Positions 40,645-52,504 of a stretch of 64,000 bases of DNA are shown here, piece by piece (position 1 is the stretch's first letter; each line of letters starts with the position of its first letter). The stretch is from Chrysochromulina tobinii (lineage: Eukaryota), in assembly GCA_001275005.1 (NCBI GenBank), contig JWZX01003377.1, positions 1 through 64,000 of the forward strand. Direction: 5' to 3'. The notes under the pieces are model-generated. The model searched no databases. It was not told the origin of the DNA and saw only the letters and a list, made by a program, of their open reading frames with translations. A program made the position numbers and the translations under genes.

Positions 40645-42447
40645 TCAATCGAGCTCCTCGATCACGACGCCATCTTCGGCGGCTTCCACAGTGATCGGAT
40701 CACCCATGCCCCCAGCACTCGCGCTCAGGGAGGTGGGCGGGTGGGGCGTGGGGCTATGCGCGGGGTGGCCAAAGAAGTCACTCATCGTCATCTGCCGGCG
40801 CTTATTGTCGCCCACGACGTCGCCAAACGGCCGCTTATGCTTCTTGCCATGCTGAACTGTGACCTGCCGCAGCGGCGGAGCCGCTTTGCTAGGTGCGGTA
40901 GCACCTGCGGCCGCCGTCGGCGAGCTTGAGCCATTTTCGGGCGTGGGCTGCGCGGCGGCGCCGGCGGCGCTGCCGCAGCAGACGTGTCCCTTCTTCTGCA
41001 GACCGCAACGCCCGCATCGATACCCTTGCATTGGCTGCGGCGCGGCCTGCTGGGGTCGTGGCGTTGGCAAGGCCTGCTGCTGAGCCTGCTGAGCCTGCTG
41101 CTGTTGCGACCGCTGCTGCGCCAGCTGCTGAGCCTGCTGCTGCGCCTGCTGCTGCGCCTGGGCCCGGCGCGCTTGCTGCTGCTGCGCGGCCTCGCGGGCA
41201 GCGGCCTCGCGCGCCTCCTGCGACTCGCGAGCCGCTTGCACACGGCGAGCACGCTGCTCAGCATCGTGCTGCGCCGCGCGCTCGGCTGCGGCGCGCTGCG
41301 CATGCTCTAGGCGTGCGGCTTCTCTCTGCGCCCGTCGTGCGGATTCTAACCTGGCAGCGGTTTCGGCTGCAGCACGAGCGGATTCTATTCTGGCAGCTTC
41401 CGACACACGAAGCGCCTCCTGACGCTCAAGCTCCTGGCGAGCCGCCACTTCTGCCGCCCGTTGCCGCAGCACCTCACGCGCTGCCGCCTCCAGACGCGCT
41501 TGCTCCTGCTCTTGTGCCTTCGCGGCCCGCTCAGCATCGACGCGACGAGCGGCCTCTGCCCGCGCTTGCTCCTCGACGCGATGAGCGGCCTCTGCCCGCG
41601 CTTGCTCCTCGACGCGACGAGCGGCCTCTGCCCGCGCTTGCGCCTGCTGCTGCGCCTGCTGTTGCGTTTGATCCCTATTTGCGCACATGGCGTGGTCGCA
41701 CTCCCTGCGAAGCGTCGCGACGGCCGCATCGACGTTGTTTTGTGCGCGAGCATAGACGAAGCGCGCCAGCCGGTCGGCGAGATGGCTCTTGTTACCCGAG
41801 GTTAGCTGGCGATTAGACAAGAGCACTGCCTTGAGGACGTTCGATGTGTAGCGGTACGCCTCGTGCATCAGCACGACGAGGTGCTGTTGACATTGGCTGT
41901 TCATGGCGTTGGCTGCGGCACACGCTGCAGCTTGCTGCTGGGACCATTGCTGTTGGGCCGAGCGCGCTTGGTCGAGTGCAGCTCGCTTGCTCGCGTCGCT
42001 TAGGACAGCGAAGGCATCATTGATAACCTGGAAGGCGACTGTTGCGGACGGGTGCGAACACTTATCTGGATGCACGTGTAGACACCGCTTTCGAAATGCC
42101 TTTTTGATCTCGACATCTGTCGCATCGACGGCCACACCAAGCGATTTGTAAGGATCGTCGCGCGTACGAAGAATTTCATCGACGGCCACCGACTCCGACG
42201 TCGAAGATGTGGCGGGGGCGGGGGCGGAAGCTGCGACGGGAGCGGATGCAGGAGGCGGCTCTCGGGCGGCGGCCGGCTGTTCTCCTGCTGAAGGAGGTGC
42301 AGTTCCCGCTGAAGAGCTCTTCGCAATGGCCTCGCGGCAGCGCTGGATCAGGTCAGCCTTGTCAATGCATCCAGAAGTGTCCAGACCAGCACTCGCGATG
42401 ACGTCCTTCAAGTCTCGGACCGAGAGGCTCGCGATGAACACCTCCAT
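40645..42447 (-). CDS. J-domain (DnaJ) protein with SAP-like modules, a coiled coil, a zinc knuckle and a C-terminal PIP box
   Basis: LSVRDLKDVI...CIDKADLI, J domain with HPDK, LKAVL...LTSGNKSHLADRL, YRCGRCGLQKKGHVC, RQMTMSDFF. Confidence 0.82.
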   Translation of the reverse strand: MEVFIASLSVRDLKDVIASAGLDTSGCIDKADLIQRCREAIAKSSSAGTAPPSAGEQPAAAREPPPASAPVAASAPAPATSSTSESVAVDEILRTRDDPYKSLGVAVDATDVEIKKAFRKRCLHVHPDKCSHPSATVAFQVINDAFAVLSDASKRAALDQARSAQQQWSQQQAAACAAANAMNSQCQQHLVVLMHEAYRYTSNVLKAVLLSNRQLTSGNKSHLADRLARFVYARAQNNVDAAVATLRRECDHAMCANRDQTQQQAQQQAQARAEAARRVEEQARAEAAHRVEEQARAEAARRVDAERAAKAQEQEQARLEAAAREVLRQRAAEVAARQELERQEALRVSEAARIESARAAAETAARLESARRAQREAARLEHAQRAAAERAAQHDAEQRARRVQAARESQEAREAAAREAAQQQQARRAQAQQQAQQQAQQLAQQRSQQQQAQQAQQQALPTPRPQQAAPQPMQGYRCGRCGLQKKGHVCCGSAAGAAAQPTPENGSSSPTAAAGATAPSKAAPPLRQVTVQHGKKHKRPFGDVVGDNKRRQMTMSDFFGHPAHSPTPHPPTSLSASAGGMGDPITVEAAEDGVVIEELD

Positions 42448-42632
42448 GCGTCGCCGGTGCCGGTACTGTACAAAAGATGAGGAGTTTCGTGAAATGGAAG
42501 AGGGCGCGGGAAATAGTGAGGACTTCACACGATATTCACACGTCGTCAACAGAAATTTTGTCACAAAAACCAGCTCCACTAGACGCTCGCCGAGCCATCC
42601 GGAACCCGAGCGCTGCAGATGGCTCGCTTCGC

Positions 42633-45131
42633 TCACCGTCGCCACCCGCGACGGCCGCGACAACGCGAAGCGGGCTCGTCCTCAATCGCATGCGTATCGA
42701 TGAGTGCGGGCGTCTCGCCCGCGCTCACCTTGCCGAGCCACGCCTGCGTGCGCGCCAGCAACACAAAGCACGCGCCCTGCGGTGCGGTCGTCTCGCCCCT
42801 CGCTGCCTCGTCGTCAGCGTGCGGCAGCAGCCGGAGCGTAGGAAGCGCCTGGGGCTCGGAGCATGCGACAGAGACGAGGCGAGAGAGAGGCAGCGACGTG
42901 GATCGTTGTGTGGCGAGGCACACGGCGACGAGAGCAGCGCCGCCGCCGTCGGCCGTCGCATCCACGTGCACAGCATCCGCTGCCGGCCCAAGCAGCAGCA
43001 GCAGCAGCGTGTGCGTGCTGACGAAACAAGCAGCCCCGATGCGCTTGCCATTTCCAATCCAATGTGTCTGCCACGACGGCGCCGCGACAGTGCCATCCGC
43101 CTCCGTGCTGCTGGTGTCCTCGGCATCGTCACGCCAGCGGCAGACCTGCACAAATCGCGCACCGGCGACGGCTACGTGCTGCGGGCCCAGGGCGACGTGC
43201 GCCCTCCTTGCGAAGCCCGATCGCAGCGCCGAGGGAGGTGCGCCGAGCCCGCGCGGCCCCCCAGCCTCTGCTTGGCTGAGCAAAAGGTCCGCGGCGCTCG
43301 CGAGCAACTCGAGGGTGCACCGGCGCCCATCACGGCGCCCTTCGGCAGCCCGCCCGGGATTCGGACGCCCATCACGGCGCCCATCACCGGAGCCCATCAC
43401 GGCGCCCATCACGGGATTCGGACGCCCATCACGGCGCCCGGGATTCGGGCGGCCTTCGATGACGAGGCGAGGCGTGTCCGCTCCGTCAAATGTCTTCTCA
43501 TGCGCCACCTGCCTAATTTGGATCGCCGTCTCGAGCGTCACGCGCCCATAGAGCGAGCGCCATGCAGGGGCACCGATCGCGGAGGCAACGAGTGCATGAG
43601 CGGCGGTCGCGTGGGCGGCGGTCGCGTGAGCGGCGGTCGCGTGGGCGGCGGTCGCGTGGGCCTCCGGCCGCCATGCCCAGAGTGTCCGCGAGCCCACCTC
43701 ACCGCTCGCGTCCACCCACACCAGCACCTCCACCTCGCAGCCCGGCTCGCCCACTCTCCCCGTGCATAGCCCACGTACGCGCGGGCCTGGCGTCATCGGC
43801 AGCGCCACCATGGCTGCCGTCGGCGCGCCGAGCGCCGTCTCGGTGGACCGACCGTTGGGAGACCACGGAGCACCGACCGTAGCGCCAGCTCCCCCATGCA
43901 GGTGCAGGAGCGCAAGGCGGCGCCTCGAGTCCTCCGCCTCGACGGGCGTCGTCGCGGGCGGCACCAGCCCGAGGGTGGAGGCGGCGGCGAGGGTGGAGGC
44001 GGTGCGGGCAGGCGACAGGGGTGGCGCGACGGGCGTCGTCGCGGGCGGGCCGACTGCGGCCGTCGCGTCCTCGCTTGCCCCGTCGGCAGGCGCGTCGTGC
44101 GCATCGTCGTGGTCCTCATCAGCCCTGCTGTACGCGTCGGCCCGGCACAGCCAGTGCGAGGCGTGGGCGGCGTGGCACCAGTGGACGAGGCACGGCCCGA
44201 TGCGCACGTGTGCACCGGCCGCCCAGTACGACGCGAGGCGCCACTCTTGCCAGGGCGGCGCCGCCGGCGGCAACCGAGACGGCGTTTGCGCTGTGGACGG
44301 CTGTGCGGCAGCATCGGCGACCATGCGAACAGGGGGCGCCTCGACTACTCGCGCGGCGCGGCTCCTCCGGGCTTCGGGCTCCTCCACAGCCTCCCGAGTG
44401 AAGGGCGCGCAGTCGTAGAGCGCCACGTCACCCTTCCAGCCGCAGAGTGCGAGCCATCGGCCATCATCGCCGCTTGAAAAGTCGAGGGAGAGCACCCGTT
44501 CGCATGGGCTATGCATGCACCAGGCAAGGGCTGGCGCGCGTCCCCATCCGGCAACCGCGTCGCGCATGCGCACAAAGATGCGCCCATCCACGGCCGCAAG
44601 GGCAAGGAGCCCACCATCGTCAGAGAAACGACACGCGCAGAGCATGGAGCCAGCATGCATAGTGACGCGCGATTCGTGGCCGGCATCGGTCGCGCTGCAC
44701 AGCAGCGTGAGGCCGTTTGCGCCGCCGACGGCGAACGCGCCGCGCCCGCCGCCGAGCGCGGTAACGTCAAAGCCAAGTGGACGGCAGTTGTGCAGAGGCA
44801 GCTGGCCGCGAAGGTGCGCGCGCAGCGTTGCGGGTGCGGATGCTGGGGAGGTGGTAACAGCGCTCCCGTCATCGCCAACGACGACAAAGTAGCTCAGCGA
44901 CGTGCGGCTCGCAACGGCGAAGAGCGCGCCATCAGCAGAGCAAGCGATGACCTCTGCAGCCGGAGCACACGGATCCTTGGGCGTACGCACACGTTGGAGC
45001 GTCTGTGGCGGCGTGGTCGCCGAAGGAGCAAGGACGACGACTGAGCCATCGTCTGTCAGCGCACACACGAAGCGCAGCCGGCCGCGCGGCGCGGCGAGCG
45101 TCGACGAGAGGCCAACAGGCTGCGACAACAT
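42633..45131 (-). CDS. Probable WD40/beta-propeller protein; exon structure uncertain
   Basis: Strand-like repeats ACSADGALFAVA, CRFSDDGGLLALAAVDGRIFV, LSLDFSSGDDGRWLALCGWKGDVALYD. The repetitive segment ~43320-43465 may be an intron. Confidence 0.55.
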   Translation of the reverse strand: MLSQPVGLSSTLAAPRGRLRFVCALTDDGSVVVLAPSATTPPQTLQRVRTPKDPCAPAAEVIACSADGALFAVASRTSLSYFVVVGDDGSAVTTSPASAPATLRAHLRGQLPLHNCRPLGFDVTALGGGRGAFAVGGANGLTLLCSATDAGHESRVTMHAGSMLCACRFSDDGGLLALAAVDGRIFVRMRDAVAGWGRAPALAWCMHSPCERVLSLDFSSGDDGRWLALCGWKGDVALYDCAPFTREAVEEPEARRSRAARVVEAPPVRMVADAAAQPSTAQTPSRLPPAAPPWQEWRLASYWAAGAHVRIGPCLVHWCHAAHASHWLCRADAYSRADEDHDDAHDAPADGASEDATAAVGPPATTPVAPPLSPARTASTLAAASTLGLVPPATTPVEAEDSRRRLALLHLHGGAGATVGAPWSPNGRSTETALGAPTAAMVALPMTPGPRVRGLCTGRVGEPGCEVEVLVWVDASGEVGSRTLWAWRPEAHATAAHATAAHATAAHATAAHALVASAIGAPAWRSLYGRVTLETAIQIRQVAHEKTFDGADTPRLVIEGRPNPGRRDGRPNPVMGAVMGSGDGRRDGRPNPGRAAEGRRDGRRCTLELLASAADLLLSQAEAGGPRGLGAPPSALRSGFARRAHVALGPQHVAVAGARFVQVCRWRDDAEDTSSTEADGTVAAPSWQTHWIGNGKRIGAACFVSTHTLLLLLLGPAADAVHVDATADGGGAALVAVCLATQRSTSLPLSRLVSVACSEPQALPTLRLLPHADDEAARGETTAPQGACFVLLARTQAWLGKVSAGETPALIDTHAIEDEPASRCRGRRGWRR

Positions 45132-45314
45132 GTTGTTACCGGTATCGCAAACATGAAAGTTCTAAACGGCGGATGTGAGTGTCCGGAGTCTCGAAGGAGG
45201 GCGAACCACTGGCTGTGAATAGGAATTGCCCACACAGCTGACGAAGATGGCGAGAAGGTCGCCTCTTTGCCTTGCCGGCCATTGAGCACAGTGTGCCTGC
45301 CGACAATCTAAATC

Positions 45315-48300
45315 ATGTCTCTCGACAGCATCGAGGTGTGCCTCTGCCCAGCTGCCATCGAGCTGAGCCATGCTCTAATGGCCTCCAAGCGACTCCGCGA
45401 CCTAATGCGGCTGGCTCTCCTGAATCCTCTGAGCGTGCCTGCTGCCTGCGCAGGTGCAAGGCCGGCGGTACTCCGTCTTCGAGTACGTCTACCTGCGTCC
45501 ATGGCCTAACTCCGAGCCGTGGGTGGCGCGCATCGAGGAGATCGTTGCGAGCATCGGCAGAAGCAACAAGGTGCAGCAAAGCCTCTCTGTGCGCTGGTTC
45601 TACAGGCGGCGCGACCTGCTGCCGTCAGGCGAGTGCGAGTTTCCAGCGTGCGACAACGAGGCGCGCGAGGTGTACCTCGTGCCAGGTAAGCTCGACCAGG
45701 TCGAAATCAAGACACTCCTAGGCTCGTGCAAGGTCGTCTGCTCGACGGACGTGCCTGACCTGGCTGCATACCTCCAAGAGGACGACACCTACTTCTACCG
45801 GTACGAGTACGACCTCGCCGCCGCTAAAGCTCGATCCGTAGGCACCGCCCAGCGCGACAAGCAGTGCCCACTCTTCCGGCTTCCCGGCGGCAAGCCTCTC
45901 GGTTCTGAGACGGTGGACGCACCGGCGTCGGTGCCGGCGTCAGCAGCCGGCGCAGAGCCGTCAGCAATGGCGCCGCCTGCTGCGAGGCCAGTCAAGCGCG
46001 CGCGGCTGGACACCGCCGCGCCGGCGGCCGCAGCGCCAAGCGCAGTGCTGGGTCCAGGTACCGCAAGCAGTACCGCAGGCAGCGAGGGCAGCGGCGGCGG
46101 AGGCGCTGGCGGCGGCGCTGGCGGCGGCGCTGGCGGCGCTGGCGGCAGCAGCAGCCGGAGCGGCAACAGCAGCCGAGGTGTTGCTGGCGGCGGCCGCAGT
46201 GCGGCTCCCCTAGGGTGCGTCATGATGGCAGATGCCTCTTCGCCCTCACGCAGCCACTCCACGAGGAGTGGGCCTGCAGGCGCGCATGCATCCTCGGGTC
46301 CATCCACGGACGGCGGCACCAGCGGCGCTGGTGGCGGCGGCACTAGCAGCGAAACCAGCGCTGGTGGCGCCAGCGGCGTTGGCGGCGTTGGCGGCAGCAG
46401 CAGCAAGAATGGGCCTGGAAAAGGCCCGGTCGTGCCCGAGCTATCTGTGCCGAGCACTGCCGCGGTGGCCACGGCGGCGATAAGTGGCGGCAGCATTAGA
46501 GGCAGCAGCAGCGGCGGCGGCGGCAGCGGGCTCGTCGACTGCAAACCGAGCTCGTCCAGCGATAGGTCGTCCCAGCCGGCCGCGCCGATGGCCATGGCTC
46601 TAACCTCCGCTGCTCCAGCCACCGCTGCGGCCAGCTCCGTAAGGATCGCCTCCGCTGCAGCTCATGTCGCCCTGACCCCCTCCGCTGCAGCCGGGGTCGC
46701 CCCGGCCGCCGCCGCTCCCTCTGTCCCATGGGCCGCCAACTTGGTGGGCCACGCCGCCGCCTCAGCCGTTCCGTGGGGCGCCCCGCCCCCTCCGGGTGCG
46801 CCCGTCACGGCGCCTGCAGGGCATCGGCCGCCGGGCAGCATGCCACGACGAATGCTGCCCGGCAGCGGCGAGGGTCCCCTGAGCCTCAAGGATCGGCTAC
46901 CGATCAAACGGAACGCGACCCCGGACGACCGGCTCGCGGCACTGCAGAGTAAGCTCGATCGGATGTGGCCGCCCTTCCTAAACACAAAGGTCGGCTTGCA
47001 TCAGCGTGAGTTTGTGGCAGTCATCCCCGGCCCAGGCGAGAAGTACGCGGGCGAGCTGTGCGCGCGTTGCCTAGTCGACGGTTGCGACCGAAAAGGCAAT
47101 CTCTTCCACGTGAAGAATCTGATGACGCATGCGGCACCGCGGGGAGGGCAGCCCTCGCGCGTGAGCGCGGCGATCAAGCACGCCGGCGCGCTGGCGGTAC
47201 TACTTGGGTACACGCCGGCGCTGCCGCCCTTGCCGCCGCCTGGCATGGGTGAGCGTAACGGCAAGCACAAGAAGGTCAAGGGCGCGGGCGCGGGTGGTAG
47301 TGCCCTCGGAGATGCGCCGGCCACCGCCGCCGCCGCCGCCGCCGCCGCCGCTGGCCTCGAGGGAGTCGAGCACTCGATGCTCATTGAGCTCGCCGCCGTC
47401 GATGAAATGGCCGCGAGCGCTGTGGCTGCCGCGGTCGCCGTTGCAGCCTCGGCCGCCCCAGCTGAGAGCCAGCGCGCGCCGTCGGCACTGCCGCGCCCGC
47501 GTCCAAAAGCGAGCGCGGCGTACATGGGCATGGGAGCTCTGGGCCAGTCGGCGGGCGACATATCTGCCAAGCGGCCATTCGTCAAGACGGAGGTGCTGTC
47601 GTCGTCGGCGGCGGGGCCGAGCGGAAGCACGGGTGATAGTACGCAGCTGGTGCGCACGACAGCCATGGCACCCGTCAAGTCGCATGCGGACAGCCGCAAC
47701 TTTTTCGGGCACGAGGTTGGAAAAGATGGCCTCCAATTCATCCATTACCGTGGCATGAAGCTCGCGTTCCAAACGGGCAGGGTGCTGCTCGTACGTCGGC
47801 AGGAGCTCGGCACCAACCCAGCCAAGAACGTCAAATTCTTGGGCAGCCTGGCTGGCGAGGAGGTCGAGTGGCTCGGTGCGCTTCGGGCTGCGCAGGAGCG
47901 CGCCAAAGCGGCCGGGCTCTTCCTGTCTCTGTTCCGTCGGTACGACGAGATGCACATGGCGCAGCCGGGCGGGCTGGATTCTAACCACTGCCTGCATCTC
48001 TTCAACCACTACCGACCGTTCGGTAAGAAGATGATCAACAAGTGGGAGACGTACATGCCAGTCGCGCTGCACCGCACGTACGATCGGCTCTACCGGCAGC
48101 CGCTCAGCCTCAGCGGTGAGCAGCTCGCCGCGCTCGACTTCCATACTCTCTTCGACAAGCTGCGTGCAAACGAGCGGCTCCCGTTCTCGCATGCGGGCGC
48201 CCCGACGAGCGACGGCAAGGGCGGGGCGGCTCTGCCGGTGGGCGAGCGCAAGGCGCGGTGCCTGCTGCTCGTGACGCGCCACTGGGCTAGCACCCGCTGC

Positions 48301-51300
48301 TACTCGCTTGGGGAGGCTGTCGTCGCGCGCTACGCGGATGGCCGCGAATGGTTCACGGGCGAGGTGGCGGGCGTCCGCTCGCCCGAAGGCTCGGCGGCCG
48401 CTGACGGTAGCGCGTACGCGTACGACGTGCAGTACGACGATGGTGACTTTGAGCCTGCGGTGCCTGCCGAGCGCGTGCTTTCCCTAAGAGCTGAGGAGGG
48501 GCGGTGGGAGTACGTGGTCATCGGGCCCGAGGAGGCGACACGCACGCTGCCCGATGATCAGTCACATCCTTGGTGGCCCAACACGGAGCAGTTTGTCGAC
48601 TATGTGCGCGTGGAGGCGACCAAGGCGCAGCTGCGCAAGGAGGTGGCCAGCCTGCGTGGGCACGTGGCAGAGCGGTACGCCGAGCACGCGCACGAGCGGC
48701 CTTGGCCGTTGGATGACATGGAGCGAAAGGAGCGCGAACAGGCACAGAAGGCCGCCGCTGCCACCGCACCCAAGGTGATCGGGCCCAAGGCGCGCCTCGC
48801 GCAAACCGAGGGCGAGGCGGAGGCGGCAGCCGCTGCGGCGCACGACGCGCGCGTCGCGGCGGATCTGCACGCGCCCGAGCGACGGGACGAGCTCATCTAC
48901 ATGTTCCGCAAGCTCGCTCCCCTCTTTCTGGCGGTGATGGACGCGGACTTGCGCTACTCACACCTGCAGCCACACCAGCCCGATTGCGCGCGCATCTGGC
49001 CGCAGGAGCTGCACGAGCTCGAGCGCTGCTGGGTGTGCGCGCCCGTCGCGCAGATCGCCGTGGGCACGCGCCAAAAGTGCGACGTGTGCGAGACGTCGAT
49101 CCTGGACCGGCACTGGGCATGCACCGTCGCCGGCTGCGAGTGGGAAGTGTGCTTGCAATGCCACCGGCAGGGAGAGAAGCGGCGCGCCGCGCGCCGCGAG
49201 CGGTATGAGCGGCTGCAGCGTGGCGACGTGCCCGCGCCGCGCCCGGTGGTCCACGCGCCCTGGTACACGACGCAGTCGGGGCGCTCGCTCTACGGGCAGC
49301 AAGTGGTCGAGCGCCCACGGCCAGCGTACCTCGAGAAACCGCGCGAGCCGCCGGTGCCCTGGATCGCCCGGCGCAACGCGTACGAGGGCGACGAGGCCTC
49401 GCTGCAGGCGAAGATCGACCTCGTCTTCCCGGCAGTGACCAACAAAGGCGGCCACGCGTGGCGCGAGTTCGTGGCGGACCTGCCCAAAGAAGGCAAGTAC
49501 GCCGGCCAGCCGTGCGCACGCTGCGCTGTGCCCAACTGCACGATGAAGGGCAAGCTCTTCCACCACAAGAATCTGGCCACGCACGGCAAGCCACGCGGCA
49601 ATGGCTCGCGCTCGAACGTCTACTCGCGCGCGCATGAGATCGCGCTCCATATTTGGATGAGCACCTTCGAGGCGACCACCGAGACGGTCGAGCAGGTCGA
49701 GGCGCGCTTGCCCCGCCCCGACGACCCGAACGCGCCGCCGCCGCCGCCGCCACCCAAATCGTCCAAAAAGGGAAGCGCGTCTTCGAGTGGCCGGCGGCCG
49801 AAGGCGAGCCCGGCGTTCGTGGGTACGGGAGGCGAGTCAGCCACCAACGACGGCGCTTGTTCCGCGTGCGATGGCCATCACCGGCCGCACACGTGCGGGC
49901 GCTCGCCGTCGGCGCCTCCCGGGACCAAAAGCGCCAAGATCAAGCGGCCCAAGAAGGTGAAGCTCGCGCTCGGGCAAAAGATGGCGGGCCAGGCGATGGC
50001 GCTGGCCGAAGAAGCTCGGCGGCTCGTGGGTGACGACATTCTCGAGACCGAGGGGTGGCGCAAGCGCCAAAGGGTCTCAAAGGTCGGACACGCCGAGACC
50101 TTTGAGAGCTTCCCATCCGAGCGACAGACGTCCCGCACCGCGATCGCGCTCAAGAAGCGCTACTACGACAAGGCCCTCGCGGCCGGCGAGGTGCGAGCGA
50201 AGGCACTCGCGAGCGGCGGAGATGAGGATGAGATCAGCTGCTTCTGCGACACGGACCGGCACCTGCCCACAAACGACATCCCGTTCGACGGCGTGTGGGT
50301 GTGCTGCGACCTATGCCACCGCTGGTGCCATGGCGAGTGCATCGGGCTCAACAAGAAACAAGCGGACGCCCTCAAAGAGTACACGTGCCCTGTGTGTGAG
50401 GCCTTCCCGCCCTCGCTCATCGACAAGACCCTCAAGAATGGGGGCAACGGGGCCAGCCTCAAGAATGGGGGCAACGGGGCCAGCAGCGGCGGCAGGAGCA
50501 ACGGCGCTGCGGCGGAGGCGGAGGGCGGAGTGGCGCAGCCGAGCTTGTGTGGCGCTGCAGCGGCGGCGTCGGCGGCGTCGGTGGCGGACGAGGACGACGA
50601 GGAAGAGGACGAGGACGAGGGCGAGGGCGAGGGCGAGGAGGAGGAGGAGGCGAGCTCGAATGCGTCGATGGCATCCGCGAGTGGCGAGGAGGAGTGCGAT
50701 GAGGCGGTGGTGGCTGCGCACGGAGTGGGCATGGAGGCCGGTGACGAGAGCGAGGAGGACGCCGAGGGCGGCGGTGGCGGAGGCGGCGAGGGCGCGCGCC
50801 CGATCTCCGACGACGAGATGCCTATCTCCGACGACGAGATGGGCATGGCGGGCGGCGGCGGCGGCGAGGGCGAGGCCAGCAATCGAGCCCGCAGCTCGCG
50901 AGTGGAGGACGTCGACGTCGACGACGAGGAGGAGGCTGAGGACGAGCACGATCGCGACGGCGAGGAGGCTGAAGCGGGTGGCTATCGCGACAGCGGCGAA
51001 GGTGCGATCTTTGTGGACGAGAGCGACGACGACGATGCGTTCCACATGAGCCGCCCGGCACGGCACCCGGCCCACGCGCGTCGAGGACGGAGCACGGCTG
51101 CTGAGGCGGATGATGACTTTGACGACGACGAGGATGCTGGCCGTGCGGAGGAGGACGAGGAGAACGAGGACGAGGAGAACGAGGACGAGGATGGCGAGGA
51201 GGACGATGTGGACGGCTTCGGTGAGGGCGGGGAGGAAGGCGAGGAAGGCGACGAGGACGCTGAGGCGCTGCTTCTGCAAGAGGCGGAGGTGCTCGGCGAC

Positions 51301-52463
51301 GACCTCGGCGACGACCTCGGCGACGACCTCGGCGACGACCTCGGCGACGACCTCGGCGACGACCTCGGCGACGACCTCGGCGATGAGCTCGGCGACGAGC
51401 TCGATGAGGAGCTCGGCGAGGAGCTCGGCGAGGAGCTAGCGGGTCTGAGCGGTGCAGATGCCGCGGACGCTGCGGCTGGCGGCGCGAGCTCGGTGGCGCT
51501 GCCCGGCCCACCAGCAGCGGCTGACGCAGGGATGGACAGCGGACTGGAGGACGTGGGTGAGGTGGCCGACGCGGTCGAAGCCATGGCTCAGGCTGCAGAG
51601 GCAGAGGCGGCGGCCGAGGCGGAGGCGGCGGCCGAGGCGGCGGCTGCCGCAGCGTCCGCAGCGACAGCCGAGGCAGCCGCGCTCGCCGGGATGGCCCCGC
51701 ATTCACATTCACATTCACATGCGCACGCCAGGATGGCCCCTCACATGCCCCCTCAACCGCCCGCCGCGCCTGCGTCGGAGGTGGTCTACTCCAGCAACTT
51801 GTCATCGGCCACCGCCCCTAGCAAGGACGATGATCCCATGGCCGATGCTGAGCACCCCGGCGCACCGAGCGCGCCAGCGAGCGCGCCAGCGAGCGCGCCG
51901 GCGAGCGCGCTGACGAGCGCGCCGCTGCCGCCAGGGAGCCTGTCGGCAGCTTCGTATGAGGCCATCTTGACTGCCCTGAGCCGCTCGTGCCAAATTTGTC
52001 GGCGAGGCGTGGGCAAGTGCCGCCACTATGGCGGCCCGGGCCACCTGCCGCTCCACCCGAGCGCCCTCCCGAGCGCCCAGAGCGTTCAAAGCGCCGCGCC
52101 GCGCGCCGCGCCGCGTGGCTCGCTCAGCGTGGCCGGTGCTCCGAGTGCCCTCAACCCCGTCTCCGATTCGGACGCTGGCGAGAGCGCGATGGCGCCCACG
52201 ATGGCGCGCGCGGCATCCCCGGCGGCGGCCCCCTCAGAGGGCGGCGACTCGGCAGCGGCGCGAGCGCTGCTGCGCGACTGCTCGGCGCGGCGCCCCGGCG
52301 GCACTTCCATCGCCGTCGGGTCTGAGGTGTGCATCCTGCGCCCCGGCGCGCTTGCGAATCGTCTTGGGATCGTCACAATCGCGCGCTCGGGCTACTACCA
52401 AGTGCGCCTCCATGCGCCCGGCACGGCGCCTCCGCGCAAAACGCCGAGCCAGAGCACCGGCGA

Positions 52464-52504
<41 letters not shown>

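Noticed and set aside
42448..42730. Splice fusion of the WD40-like gene to the J-domain gene
   Set aside because: A donor/acceptor pair could join them in frame, but the linker looks intergenic in composition and there is no supporting evidence.
37809..45324. CGAGAGACA copies (reverse strand) at 37809 and 45316
   Set aside because: Both lie in coding sequence and lack the leading C/G. They are treated as chance matches, but noted as a caveat on motif specificity.
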